Notes: generated from the sequence alone by a model not told the origin. A stretch of 64,000 bases of DNA from an uncultured Nitrososphaerota archaeon (GCA_964416155.1 CAYQCW010000009.1:1-64000); one strand, 5' to 3'. Shown: positions 1 to 9,978, counted from the first letter of the stretch. A program made the numbers and translations.

Positions 1-2
1 CT

Positions 3-665
3 GATGGCACGGTGGAAATCCTTAAGGAATACGTGGAGAATGAAAAGATAAAGCTAATCGTCCAGAAATGTTCGAGAGGAAAGGGTCGGCAGATTGCTTT
101 TGAAAATTCATCTGGAGAATACATAATTTCAAACCTTGATATGGACGACATATTTGCTCCAAAACTTAATGAGCTTATCGAGTTCTACCATAGGAAATGC
201 CAAGGCAAGTTATTGTTAGCGGTTTCTGGTTTACGTGATAAAGGTGCTCAAAATGTGACAATAGCTCCCCGCTCAGTAATATTTCAGATTGGTGGTTGGC
301 GTAATCTCATGTATTCTGAGGACTGGGACCTCTGGAGCAGGGCGGCGAAAACCGGAAGCTATTGTTTCACAGCTTTTAACCTACTTGAAAGGCACGGTGC
401 TCATCCAGAGAGACAGAAACCGCTTAAAAAATTGAGGCTGCGAATAAGGAAGTATGTGGATGAGTACAGATTGGGCAGGAGGGTTATAGCTAAAGGCGAG
501 CGTATCAATGCTGCACAAAGGATTATATTATTGATTGCTCGTTTTGTAGCGTTTTTCATGGAGTCATATAAGGATGAGTTCAACGTATACTTCAAACCCT
601 ACGATGAGTCTTATTACATCCCATATTCTCAGCATATTTTATCTATCTCATCTGAGAATAGTTAA
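3..665 (+). CDS. Glycosyltransferase family 2, 5'-partial (begins before the window)
   Basis: Frame open from base 3 (DGTVEIL); G..R..A...S.GEYI...DMDD and GGW...EDWDLW GT-A motifs. Confidence 0.85.
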   Translation, partial: DGTVEILKEYVENEKIKLIVQKCSRGKGRQIAFENSSGEYIISNLDMDDIFAPKLNELIEFYHRKCQGKLLLAVSGLRDKGAQNVTIAPRSVIFQIGGWRNLMYSEDWDLWSRAAKTGSYCFTAFNLLERHGAHPERQKPLKKLRLRIRKYVDEYRLGRRVIAKGERINAAQRIILLIARFVAFFMESYKDEFNVYFKPYDESYYIPYSQHILSISSENS

Positions 666-772
666 AAAAGAGGCGTTTTATGAGAACCCAACTGGAATCG
701 GGGTTCAAAAACTGTCCTTGTTTTCACTATGCATTCTTGTCACTTCAGCACTTAAGGTGGCAGGGCAGTTCT

Positions 773-1948
773 CTAAAAACAGCTTATAAGAAGGTCTGAG
801 ATTAGCTTGGAGGATGCTTGTAAAGAGAGCCTGGGGGATACAGCCTCTGCCTTTGCAGCCGATTTGTATTCCTCAATACTCTTGATAACTTCGACTATTG
901 CTTCCATGAAGGCCTCAGGGGTGTTGTCAACCATCTTAACTGATTTAAATCCTCTAAAGTAGCCTTTCACAGCAGGTGTATTGGTCGCGATCACGGGGAC
1001 GCCGACACTCAATGACTCCGATATCTTCCTGCTCAGCCCATATCTGCCGTGCACGCTAGAATTGTCAAGAGGACACAGGGTGATGTCGCATGCTGCAACA
1101 TAGTTTGCAAGTTTGTTGTAGGGCACGTAACCAAGGTATGAGACGTTCGCACTCGCACGGCTCGATATCAAACGCTCGAAATGGCCTCTGAGCTGTCCCT
1201 TACCTCCAAAGAGAAAAACGAAACTGGTTTTCATACGGTCCGCCATCTGGACCAGTGGAACCAGTATTTGCTCAACTTGCACGCGTGTCATCACCCCGAA
1301 CCAACCGACAATAAGTTTGTCGCATAGGCCAAGCATCACCCTCACTTTCTGACCGTTTACACCTAGGTTGAAAGTCTCAGAGTCGGCTCCGTGATAAACT
1401 GCATAGATCTTTCCGTGATGTACTGCATATGTCCTCACTAAGTACTCCTTGTACTCTTTGCTTGATGTGAGAATCATATCTGACTGTTTGTAGAACAAGC
1501 GCATCAGGACGCGGAAGAATGCGAATTTTAAAGTATCCTCTTTCAGATTGCCACAGGCTATCTCATACTCTGGAAAGGGGTCTCGCGCATCATAGAGGAG
1601 CTTAATACCAGCAGCTTTCACGATTGCTTGAAAAAACAATAACAGATGAACTCTGCTTCTAGTGAGGAACCAGCAATCCAGGTAAACGAGCCTTACCTTC
1701 TCCTTCAGACAGAATGAAAAAACCTTAATCAAAAAAGATAGCCTGCGCAACTTGAGAAACATTAGAGGCCTTAAGTCCTTAACCTCTATGCCCTCCTCTG
1801 TATTGTAGCAACTATTGTTTTGCGAGAGCCTTATCCACGTCACCCTCTGTCTCCTCTTAACAAGCTCTTTTGAAACAAAGTAGACCTTTACGTTGTCAGC
1901 AGTCGGCGGTATCCTGCCATCCCAACCGAATATGAAAGCAAAGTGCAA
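773..1948 (-). CDS. Glycosyltransferase family 4 (GT-B)
   Basis: YDARD.FPE, LG.VPY..L..Y.AACD, K..E.L..GVPVIAT motifs. Confidence 0.85.
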   Translation of the reverse strand: MHFAFIFGWDGRIPPTADNVKVYFVSKELVKRRQRVTWIRLSQNNSCYNTEEGIEVKDLRPLMFLKLRRLSFLIKVFSFCLKEKVRLVYLDCWFLTRSRVHLLLFFQAIVKAAGIKLLYDARDPFPEYEIACGNLKEDTLKFAFFRVLMRLFYKQSDMILTSSKEYKEYLVRTYAVHHGKIYAVYHGADSETFNLGVNGQKVRVMLGLCDKLIVGWFGVMTRVQVEQILVPLVQMADRMKTSFVFLFGGKGQLRGHFERLISSRASANVSYLGYVPYNKLANYVAACDITLCPLDNSSVHGRYGLSRKISESLSVGVPVIATNTPAVKGYFRGFKSVKMVDNTPEAFMEAIVEVIKSIEEYKSAAKAEAVSPRLSLQASSKLISDLLISCF

Positions 1949-2170
1949 TTAGGTCTCATTATAAAGGTTAGTCCTTTTATAAAAACATTATTTCTAAAAA
2001 ACCGTTTTAGCATGCTTAAGTACCCTCTATTGATGGTCTTGAACATATGTTTAACCAGTATAGAAGAAACATTTTGGACTATGGATACCATTATATATGG
2101 CATAAGGCTAGTGGTTGTGAAAGTGCTGCTTATTAAAAACTTAGAGAACGAGGCTAACGCGGAAGAAGGT

Positions 2171-3383
2171 TTGAATGTTTTAGCACTGTTCATACACCGT
2201 TACCGATGGGGGAAACAGATTAGGGGTGACGAGAGGGGTTTCCTTGAGAAGATGAGGGTTTACCGAGATCTTGGGGCAAGGGTTTACGTAATCGAGTTGG
2301 AACCTTCACTTCAACAACTAGTGGGCGAACAGATATATGAATCTTTGCGAATTAATTTTAGCCTTAGATGGAGCGGTGATGCTTTCAACCAGCTAGCAAA
2401 CCTGTTTCTTTTAGTCTTGGCTGCGTTCCGTCTGTCAAGGAGGGTCAGGTTCAACGTGGTCTATGCATACAACCAGGATCTTGAGAACGTGTTGCCAGCG
2501 TTCGTTATAAAGTTGCTCACGCGGAAGCCCATGGTGCTCATATTCCACCTGTTTTACAGAGACTATGCTAAACCCTTTAGAAAGGCTCTTTCCGAAAGAT
2601 TGTCGAAGGGCTTCAGGCTTACTAGCGCGTTCTTAAGATCATCCCTAGACTTTTTAAGAAACATTGCTTTTCAGAGTGCAGACCTCATCATATGCGTCAG
2701 CAGCTTCGTTAGAGAGGAAGTAATCAGGCACATACGGACTCAAGGGGTCGTGGTTGTGCGTAACGGAGTTAACACCGGTATTTTCAGAAAAATCGAGTGC
2801 CCCAAGGTATACGACGCGGCTTTTTTTAGGCAGGCTGTGTCACCAGAAAGGCGTCGATGTTCTCCTGAACGCTTGGAAGATGGTTACGGTAGAATTTGGA
2901 GAGGCAAAGCTAGTCTTGATTGGAGGAGGAGACCCGGAGCACGTTGCACACTATAAGAAGATGATCCGCGAGTTGGGGCTTCAGGACAATGTGGTGCTGA
3001 AGGGGTTTGTTCCGGACAAGGAGCTGGTCGTCCTGTTAAATTCCTCGAAGCTTTTCGTGTTCCCATCTAGGTACGATGGTTTCGCTCTAGCCGTAGCGGA
3101 AGCCATGGCCTGCGGTCTGCCATGCATAATCTCGGATATTTCTGCCCTCAGGGAAATCTATGGTGAGGCTGAGATTCTAGTAAAGCCCGGCGACGCTAAG
3201 AGTCTTGCGAAAATATTAGAAGAAGTTTTGGTGGATGAAGTGAGAATAGAGGTGCTTTCAAGAAAGTCAAGGGAGCTTGCTGGTGGACTCGACTGGAGAA
3301 TAACGGTCAACACGGAAATTAGCTTCATAAAGCATCTGGCTGGCTTCAGGATACGTGGGAATGGTGCTTCGCGCATCGTCTGA
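2171..3383 (+). pseudogene. Glycosyltransferase family 4, frameshifted at the T7 run 2821-2827
   Basis: ORF 1943-2956 gives the N-domain up to NGV...YDAAF; ORF 2754-3383 continues LGRL..QKG.D.L, FVFPS.Y.GF....AEAMACGLP. Deleting one T restores one frame. Probable start TTG 2171. Confidence 0.8.
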
Positions 3384-3419
3384 ATCGTTTTAGGTGTGGA
3401 TGAAGAAAGTTTTTAAAGT

Positions 3420-3431
3420 AAGCGCGCGCTA
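3420..3431. repeat. Palindromic junction motif copy (aAGCGCGCGCTA)
   Basis: 11/12 match to TAGCGCGCGCTA; directly precedes the DUF86 fragment. Confidence 0.8.
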
Positions 3432-3432
3432 C

Positions 3433-3547
3433 TACGAATATTTAGTGTAGACATTGAATTTTATGGAGAACCATAAAAGAAGGCATTCCTCCGCTTGAAA
3501 TTTTAATTCGAAAAGTTTTGGAAGATTTAAACATCCAAACTGATTAG
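3433..3547 (+). pseudogene. C-terminal fragment of a DUF86/HepT-like HEPN protein
   Basis: Translates with frameshifts to YEY..VDIEF/LWRTIKEGIPPLEILIRKVLEDL*, matching the DUF86 tail H.YFGVD..I.W.TI..DIP.L. Confidence 0.6.
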
Positions 3548-3632
3548 ACTTACAAAGAGTAATTAACGGAAGAGGAGCGTTAACACCCGGAAGAGAAGTC
3601 AACAAGGCGTCTTTAAAACTTTGGAAACACTC

Positions 3633-3644
3633 GAGCGCGCGCTA
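3633..3644. repeat. Palindromic junction motif copy (gAGCGCGCGCTA)
   Basis: 11/12 match; a headless reading frame runs through it into ORF 3710-4081. Confidence 0.8.
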
Positions 3645-4081
3645 CCCAGACAATTACTCAAGAAAGGACGCTAGTCGACCTGGTTCTGGAGCCAAGCAGG
3701 TTTTACCATGTGAAGATCATTGGCCCCGGAACCATGTGTCTCAAGGGGAAGATGACTGTTCTCAGCGACATTGAAACGCCAAACGTTTTAAGGCAGGTTT
3801 CTTTCGAAGGCTGTCTCTGGGTGGCTAAGGTGGACCAGATCGATCTCGGTTGGTTCAGCATGGAAGGGCAGGAGTCAAGAGTTATGGTTCTCTTAGAGCT
3901 TGCAAACCCCCCGGAGGAGCCGTCTGAAGTGTACCTGAGGGTTGAAACTCCAAGCCTCACGCCTTGGGTTTCGAACGATGCTTTGATTCAAATAGCTATA
4001 TGCATCGGCTTTTTAATAATGGTATTGCTAGCCATCAATAACGTGCAGCTGGCCCATGCTCCAGCGTGTGCTTCTCCATGA
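3644..4081 (+). pseudogene. Probably 5'-truncated gene for a C-terminally membrane-anchored protein
   Basis: Frame open from 3617 with no ATG/GTG/TTG before 3710; C-terminal hydrophobic helix LIQIAICIGFLIMVLLAI. Confidence 0.4.
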
Positions 4082-4102
4082 GAACCTATTTTCTTATAAC
4101 TT

Positions 4103-4618
4103 CTATTTCTCCATATCCCTTAAGAGTCTAGCCAAAAGTTTAGGTTCAATCCTAAAGCCTTTACTTGCCAGCATCAGAACAGTTTCTTTAGCATTGTTTT
4201 TATCCAGCAACCCTTTTCTCAATGCTTCAATAATGATGTAGAGGGTTCCTCTAACTTTAAGGCCCATTGCTTCTGCAAAAGCTCTTCCACTCGACTCATC
4301 CATCAGCAGCAACGTTTTGTTTTTACGGGCCAGTATTATTGCCTGAGCCTCTCCCAGATGGATTTCTGACGCATGCTCCATGATTTTTCTACATAGCTTC
4401 TCACCGTCTTCGTCAAGCTTTACAACTTTTATCCAGCCGTTGTCAACGCTCTCTTTAATTACGAACGCGTCGCTGAAACCTTCCTCTAAGCCTTTTTCAA
4501 CAGCCTCCTTATAAACTTCCTCTGGAATGAGCACTTCACCGAAAAGCTTCTTGAGCAACGAGAGCTTACCAACCTTCGAGAGCCATATGAGGGGGCTTGC
4601 GTTGGATATTATGGGCAA
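4103..4618 (-). CDS. PIN-domain protein (DUF3368 type), putative toxin
   Basis: IISNASPLI.L, IP..VY.E, GEA.AI.LA, LLMDE..GR..A, GTL motifs. Confidence 0.9.
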   Translation of the reverse strand: MPIISNASPLIWLSKVGKLSLLKKLFGEVLIPEEVYKEAVEKGLEEGFSDAFVIKESVDNGWIKVVKLDEDGEKLCRKIMEHASEIHLGEAQAIILARKNKTLLLMDESSGRAFAEAMGLKVRGTLYIIIEALRKGLLDKNNAKETVLMLASKGFRIEPKLLARLLRDMEK

Positions 4619-4631
4619 AACGTTTTCTCCT

Positions 4632-4925
4632 CTAATCCATAAGATCCATCTCTAGATCGTGCTCCGAATACTGGATGAGGATGCCCTTGTCGGCTAAAGC
4701 CTTATAAAAGTGCCATAAAGATACGCCCGCCATTTGGGCGGCTTTCCAACCTGTAGCCTGCCCTTTACGATACGATTCGACTGCATGCTCTAGGTTTTTT
4801 GCCTTAATGCTTTGTTCCAAGATTTCACGTATGAGCTTCGACCTGTCTTTCCCCTCTTTGGTTGCCAGCTCGTTAAGCTCCCTTAAGATTTTTTGCGGGA
4901 GCCTTAAACTGATTGTTTCAGACAA
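4632..4925 (-). CDS. RHH/CopG plus UPF0175 antitoxin
   Basis: ISLRLP...L..L.....DRS.LIRE (RHH) and A..Y..G..T..KAA..AGVS (UPF0175); upstream of the PIN gene; probable TTG start 4925. Confidence 0.85.
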   Translation of the reverse strand: MSETISLRLPQKILRELNELATKEGKDRSKLIREILEQSIKAKNLEHAVESYRKGQATGWKAAQMAGVSLWHFYKALADKGILIQYSEHDLEMDLMD

Positions 4926-5244
4926 GATTATCGTAATACGAAGTATGTCAAACGTATTATATAAACTTTGCTGGCACATGAAATCAGGCGTACATCACTA
5001 TTATGATTTACTGCTGTGAAGGGAGAAAATGCTTTTGCTTTATTGAGAAAGGCTCCGGCAACGGCTGGACCAGCCTTCTGTTTAAATACGGCGAATAACG
5101 CTTGACCTTTGGCTGGAACCAGTGGATGCGACACTTTCAAGAGCACTACAGTAATACACTCATAGTGAATCACGATGAGCGTAACCTCAATTTTGAGTTT
5201 GATTTAAAGCCTGAGAGTCCCATGTTTACGCAGGCAAGCTCGCG

Positions 5245-5562
5245 TTCCAGATGCTCAAGGTGGGGAAGGAGACAATGCAGACTGTTACAGGGGCGAGTCA
5301 ACGTTCTTAGCAATATTGAAGAAAGGCTAAAGGTTTAGCATACGTTGCAAAAGATTCTTTGTTGAACGCTACTATTCGAGGGATAAAAGTGTTAAAAGGG
5401 GCTCCCAGTGGTCTTTAGACTGGCATGAGCAAGATATTTTTCTACAATCGTTATTAACGAGCTAATAATAAATTGACATTTAAGCGTGTACTACTCTAAG
5501 AGGAGTTAGACAATTCTGACCATGCCTCCCTTCAGAATGATGTAAGGGAGGAGGAAGCTCAC
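5245..5562 (+). mobile_element. Degenerate IS200/IS605 (tnpB) 3' end and right end
   Basis: Broken F.CSRWG..NAD.TGA...ILKKG Zn-ribbon/RuvC-III tail; hairpin CCTCCCTT/AAGGGAGG followed by GAGGAAGCTCAC. Confidence 0.5.
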
Positions 5563-5637
5563 TGTTGAAGGATGGCTAGGTTTTTAAAATTTATATCCGG
5601 TATGTTTCAGACGTGAATTATCGACTGGTAGGAAAGC

Positions 5638-6138
5638 ATGACAAAGGAAATACCTTGGAGAAGAGTGAAATCTTGGGCTTGTCTCGGGTGTGGAAAGTGC
5701 TGCACTGAATTCGAAGTGATCCTCCGTCCCTATGAATATGCACGGATTTTCGAGCTCATGCCGGAAGCGGTAGTAGCTGGCGTAAAGCCTTCCTTGAGAA
5801 AAATTGGTGGAAGGTGTATCTTTCAGAACGAGTATGGATTATGTAATCTACAGGAACTAGGCTTAAAACCGTTCTCTTGCAAGGTATGGCCTTTCCTGGT
5901 ATACAAGAAGCCAAAATCTGTAAACCCGAAGGAGGCTGAGTTTTACTACAATGATGAGATATACTATGTCTACTTTAATCAATACGCTTTCATATGTCCT
6001 GGGATCAACATGGGCAGGCCCGAGGAATTTCCAAGCGTAATATCGGAAGTCATAGAGATCTATAAAAATCCGTGGAGAAAACAAAAGTACTCGACTTCCC
6101 GTTTAGTTTATCTACAAGAGACCATCAATATCGGTTGA
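5638..6138 (+). CDS. YkgJ-family cysteine-cluster (CxxCxxCC) protein
   Basis: CLGCGKCC, C.F....G.C, KP..C..WPF, CPG motifs. Confidence 0.85.
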   Translation: MTKEIPWRRVKSWACLGCGKCCTEFEVILRPYEYARIFELMPEAVVAGVKPSLRKIGGRCIFQNEYGLCNLQELGLKPFSCKVWPFLVYKKPKSVNPKEAEFYYNDEIYYVYFNQYAFICPGINMGRPEEFPSVISEVIEIYKNPWRKQKYSTSRLVYLQETINIG

Positions 6139-6184
6139 GCACATCCTTGAGGCATATTCCCATGAAGAACGTTTAATAGGTTTC

Positions 6185-6703
6185 TTAAAGACCTATCTTA
6201 GCCTTTATCGCTGCTATCTCTCTTTCGATTTTTTCAAACCTTTCCTCCATGTAGCTCTTCAAATCTTCTCTCAACGCTCTTATCTCCATTATTGTTTCGT
6301 CCTGTTTTCTTAACATTTCACCCTGTTTCTCCAACATTAGATCCATTTTTCCCAATATCAAATCCTGCTTCTCTATCATTGTATCCTGTCTTCCAATCAT
6401 GCCGATTCCTCCGTTCACTATTTTAGCAAGCTGGTCAACGCTGAACCTGTGGTAAAACCTGTCCATGGACATGACTTCCCCGCCGTAATCCTCCTCCCGC
6501 ACTTCATCCACCTTGGCGAACTCGGGGTAATTGCTCTTTGCAAATTCAATGAATTCGATCACCCTGTCGTCATCACCTTCCACGATGAATTCAACGTAAT
6601 CCTTGATGTTCCTGGCTTGAAAGCCCTTTAAACCCAAGTCTTCGGCCGCGTCCAGAAGAAAGAGCCTATAACCAGCATCCTGAACCCTGTCGCCTTTAAT
6701 CAC
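6185..6703 (-). CDS. Acylphosphatase-like protein with a C-terminal heptad-repeat coiled coil
   Basis: G.RVQ.AGYR, L.G..RN..D.VE...EG; repeated M..KQD heptads. Confidence 0.8.
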   Translation of the reverse strand: MIKGDRVQDAGYRLFLLDAAEDLGLKGFQARNIKDYVEFIVEGDDDRVIEFIEFAKSNYPEFAKVDEVREEDYGGEVMSMDRFYHRFSVDQLAKIVNGGIGMIGRQDTMIEKQDLILGKMDLMLEKQGEMLRKQDETIMEIRALREDLKSYMEERFEKIEREIAAIKAKIGL

Positions 6704-6827
6704 GGTTTTCTTTTTTCACAATGATGATAAGACGATAAAATTATTTAAGCCTTGCTGACAAGATTTCCATTAGGCTTATTGCATGCTAGCGTGCGATTTA
6801 AATGGCCGAGCTTAGCTGCACATACTT

Positions 6828-7229
6828 TTATTCTCTAACTATCTTTACTAGAATCCTCCGCCTCCTAGGCCCGTCGAACTCGCATAGAAACACTCCCTGC
6901 CAAGTTCCCAGCATGAGTTCGCTGTCCTCTATGAACAGGATCGCGTTGTGTCCGACGATGCTTGCTTTCACATGGGCGTGTGCATTACCCTCTAAATGGG
7001 TGTAATCGCCCTCAACAGGTATTAAACGGTTTAAAGTATTAAGAATGTCTCTGGCGACACTAGGATCAGCGTTCTCGTTTAAAGTTATTCCGGCGGTTGT
7101 ATGAGGAACATGGATTAAGCAGACGCCTTTTTTCACACTGCTTCTTCTAACTCGCTCCCTTATCGCTGAAGTAACTTCTACGAGCTGTTGCCTAGTTTTT
7201 GTCGAGACCTCTATTACTTCATAGCTCAT
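6828..7229 (-). CDS. yjbQ: YjbQ/UPF0047 family protein
   Basis: [37 protein letters not shown]. Confidence 0.95.
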   Translation of the reverse strand: MSYEVIEVSTKTRQQLVEVTSAIRERVRRSSVKKGVCLIHVPHTTAGITLNENADPSVARDILNTLNRLIPVEGDYTHLEGNAHAHVKASIVGHNAILFIEDSELMLGTWQGVFLCEFDGPRRRRILVKIVRE

Positions 7230-7424
7230 ATTGTGGGGGTCTTTCCGAATAATATTAACTTTACTACGTGTTTCTCTTTCATCACCTGTTGGTTATGTCG
7301 GCTTATTCTATCTCGCGTAGAAACCTGCTTTTTCTCTCATCGCTAAAAGTATATAAGGTGTAACGGCTTAAATATTTCCAAAATGCAAGGATTGATGAAG
7401 CCTAGACACGGATTAGCCAGTATA

Positions 7425-7922
7425 ATGGATTCGGATAGGAGGGAGTTTGTTAAAGAGATTCTTAATCTTCTTAATAGTTTTTTCGGAGAAAAGCTGATAA
7501 GTGTAGTTGTTTTCGGCTCCGTAGCCAGAGGGGATGCTAAGCCGTCTAGCGATACGGATATTCTCGTTGTTGCAGAAAATCTTCCTAAAAGGATTAGTGA
7601 GAAAATGGAGATCATGGCTAAAATCCTAATTAGGCTAAGAGACACTCAAACGTATAAAGAGCTTAGAAAGAAAGGCATTAACACATGGGTGCAATTTTAC
7701 CCTCTTACTCTGGAGGAAGCAAAAATCCACAGGCCCATCTACCTAGATATGGTTGAGGATGCGGTTATCTTAGTTGACAAGGATAATTTCATAGAGGCGG
7801 TTTTCATGAGTCTTAGGAGAAGGCTGGGTGAATTGAAAGCTAGACGTATTTACCTTGAGAACGGAACATGGTTTTGGGATTTGAAACCGGATATAAAGCG
7901 TGGCGAGGCTGTTGAGATTTGA
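7425..7922 (+). CDS. Minimal nucleotidyltransferase (MNT antitoxin)
   Basis: FGSVARGDA...SDTDILVV; overlaps the HEPN gene start. Confidence 0.9.
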   Translation: MDSDRREFVKEILNLLNSFFGEKLISVVVFGSVARGDAKPSSDTDILVVAENLPKRISEKMEIMAKILIRLRDTQTYKELRKKGINTWVQFYPLTLEEAKIHRPIYLDMVEDAVILVDKDNFIEAVFMSLRRRLGELKARRIYLENGTWFWDLKPDIKRGEAVEI

Positions 7923-8359
7923 ACACTGAGGCCATGGCTAAAGGCTATCTAGATGATGCGGAGTATTCCCTCTATGAGGCTGAAGAAGCCTTCACTAAGG
8001 ATATGTATCACAGAACGATTAGGAGAGCACAGGAAAGCGTTGAACTAAGCTTGAAAGCTGTTCTAAGACTACTAGGTGTAGAGTATCCGCGTGAGCACGA
8101 TGTCACCGACGCCCTGGTTGAAATAGCGCGTATGAGGGAACTCCCAGATTGGTTTAGGTTTCAACTAGAAACAATCAGTATCGTGAGTAAAAGGCTTGCT
8201 GGAGAAAGGGGCCCGGCTTTCTACGGTGACGAGAATGCCTTTGTCCCTCCTAGGGAATTGTATTCTAGTGAGGATGCTGAAAAAGCAATAGATAATGCTA
8301 GGAAGATACATGAGTTAAGTAAAAAGCTGTTCCACTGGTGGAAGGAAAAGAGTTATTGA
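7919..8359 (+). CDS. HEPN domain protein
   Basis: AQE.VELSLKA.L, YP.EHDV, R..AFYGDE motifs. Confidence 0.9.
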   Translation: MNTEAMAKGYLDDAEYSLYEAEEAFTKDMYHRTIRRAQESVELSLKAVLRLLGVEYPREHDVTDALVEIARMRELPDWFRFQLETISIVSKRLAGERGPAFYGDENAFVPPRELYSSEDAEKAIDNARKIHELSKKLFHWWKEKSY

Positions 8360-8381
8360 GCGTCGTAAGATAACGTGCGGC

Positions 8382-8393
8382 TGGCGCGCGCTA
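8382..8393. repeat. Palindromic junction motif copy (TgGCGCGCGCTA)
   Basis: 11/12 match, 22 bp after the HEPN stop. Confidence 0.8.
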
Positions 8394-8478
8394 TGCTTGT
8401 GGCTTCAGACCACATGAGGTGTGAGACGCCTAATCTTGAAATATTCCATATTCCTCCCGGCTTTCTAAGACTCGAGAA

Positions 8479-8754
8479 CTTCATGTAGAGCTCGCGGGCC
8501 AGTTTAGATATCGTCGGGTCTACGGAGATACTGGTGGATATGGGGGAGGGAAGTACTGTCTACGATCTGTTAAGAAAATGGCTGATAAATATGGTCAGAG
8601 GTTTAAGAAAAGTGCTTTCTCAGCTGGAACAGTAAGGCTTTCGGAGGACGTTGCCATAGTTTTGAATGGAAGGGTGATCCCGGTGGACGAGGTTCACTCA
8701 ATCTCTTTAAGCGAGGCGAGTATGGTGGTTCTCACGTCTGAGGTCATAATATAA
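8479..8754 (+). pseudogene. MoaD/ThiS (SAMP-like ubiquitin fold) pseudogene
   Basis: VELAGQFR / DIVGSTEILVDMGEGSTVYDLLRK / ADKYG...VAIVLNGR; two frameshifts, no start, no C-terminal GG. Confidence 0.65.
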
Positions 8755-8790
8755 GTCTTTATAATCTTCTCGTGCACGCATTGTAGTACC

Positions 8791-9678
8791 ATGGGGAATA
8801 AAACTGGCTTAAGGCTTGGAGCCACAGCCCTTTCGCTGGAGGGGGTACTGGAAGGTTTAGAGCTTGAAGGTGACGCAGTACTCCTTGATTACCCTAAGCT
8901 GGTCAGGAAGACTGTTGAAAACGGGTTTAATCATGTTGAGCTCAGCACTGATCTTTACTATGTCCTTCCAGCCTCCTTCTCAAGGAAGAACCTGGAGGAA
9001 TGGGTTTCCATGATGGATAAGGGTGTTACTTTCTCCGCACACTTACCCATGTGGTCCATCGAGCTGGACTCTCCGGTAGAAGATATTCGGGCGGCTTCGG
9101 TCAGCGCGGTCGTTAAGCCTGTTACGGTGATGGAGGATCTTAAACCGCTTACGTATGTTCTTCACATAGCGGGCCCCCTGGCTGCGGAGGTTAACAGGAT
9201 GGGGGTAAACCCAGAGTATAAGCAACTCTTCTTCGAGGTGCTTGCCCTCAACGCTTCTAGAAGCGTTGGGCAGATAGTCTCGTACATGGCTGATGCTGGC
9301 GTGGACTCGCGTAGAATAGCCTTGGAGTCTATAGAGTTCCCCTTTTCGAAAACGCTTGAAATCGCTGAGAGGTTCGACACGTCGATCTGCATAGACACTG
9401 GCCATATTCTCGCCGGATACTCCGGTGATGTAAGTATTGAGGATGCTCTTAAAAAATGCTCAGGGAGGCTCGGAGAAATACATCTTCACGATGCCTACAG
9501 GCGAGTCGAGGGGGGTAGGCTGGTTGTCAGGGATCATTTACCCTTGGGGACTGGAGATCTTAAAGTTGAAAGCTTTTTCAAAGTTTTGAGAGAGACGGGG
9601 TTCACTGGCCTAATAGTCTTTGAACTAGGCTTAAGGGATGCTAGAGCCTCTTTAAGCAAAATCGCGACATGCCTATAG
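8791..9678 (+). CDS. Xylose-isomerase-like TIM-barrel metalloenzyme (AP endonuclease 2 family; possibly CbiR-like)
   Basis: SAHLP, VLH, ALE, ICIDTGH, EIHLHD, DHLPLG.G, IVFE. Confidence 0.75.
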   Translation: MGNKTGLRLGATALSLEGVLEGLELEGDAVLLDYPKLVRKTVENGFNHVELSTDLYYVLPASFSRKNLEEWVSMMDKGVTFSAHLPMWSIELDSPVEDIRAASVSAVVKPVTVMEDLKPLTYVLHIAGPLAAEVNRMGVNPEYKQLFFEVLALNASRSVGQIVSYMADAGVDSRRIALESIEFPFSKTLEIAERFDTSICIDTGHILAGYSGDVSIEDALKKCSGRLGEIHLHDAYRRVEGGRLVVRDHLPLGTGDLKVESFFKVLRETGFTGLIVFELGLRDARASLSKIATCL

Positions 9679-9901
9679 GATGGGACGCGCTTCCTGCTAA
9701 CCCTGGAGGAAAGTAAAAGTTATAAAAAGTTCAAATCCCTAGCCCCTTAGGAGGAGCGGTATGGACATATAGCATCAACAGTCGAATTCAGAAGTGCGGC
9801 GAGACAAGTTGGAGTGTGGACTCCCTGCAAGTGTTGTCGAGACTAAGTTCAACGGGTTTCCAGAATAAAAAATGTCCTCCTGTAGGCGTAGGAAGGGGCG
9901 G

Positions 9902-9958
9902 TATTCAAACTTAAACTGTTTAATTCATCCTAGAAGCGTTGCTTTAGTCGGAGCGTCT
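9902..9958 (+). pseudogene. N-terminal fragment of an ADP-forming acyl-CoA synthetase alpha subunit (CoA-binding domain)
   Basis: In-frame NLNCLIHPRSVALVGAS (family start L..L..PRSVAVVGAS) ending at TAGCGCGC. Confidence 0.6.
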
Positions 9959-9966
9959 TAGCGCGC
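9959..9966. repeat. Partial junction motif (TAGCGCGC)
   Basis: First 8 bp of the palindrome, at the truncation point of the AcdA fragment. Confidence 0.6.
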
Positions 9967-9978
9967 TTGCTGAAACCC

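Noticed and set aside
6787-6798. Weak palindrome variant TAGCGTGCGATT
   Set aside because: Three mismatches and no identifiable breakpoint; not counted as a copy
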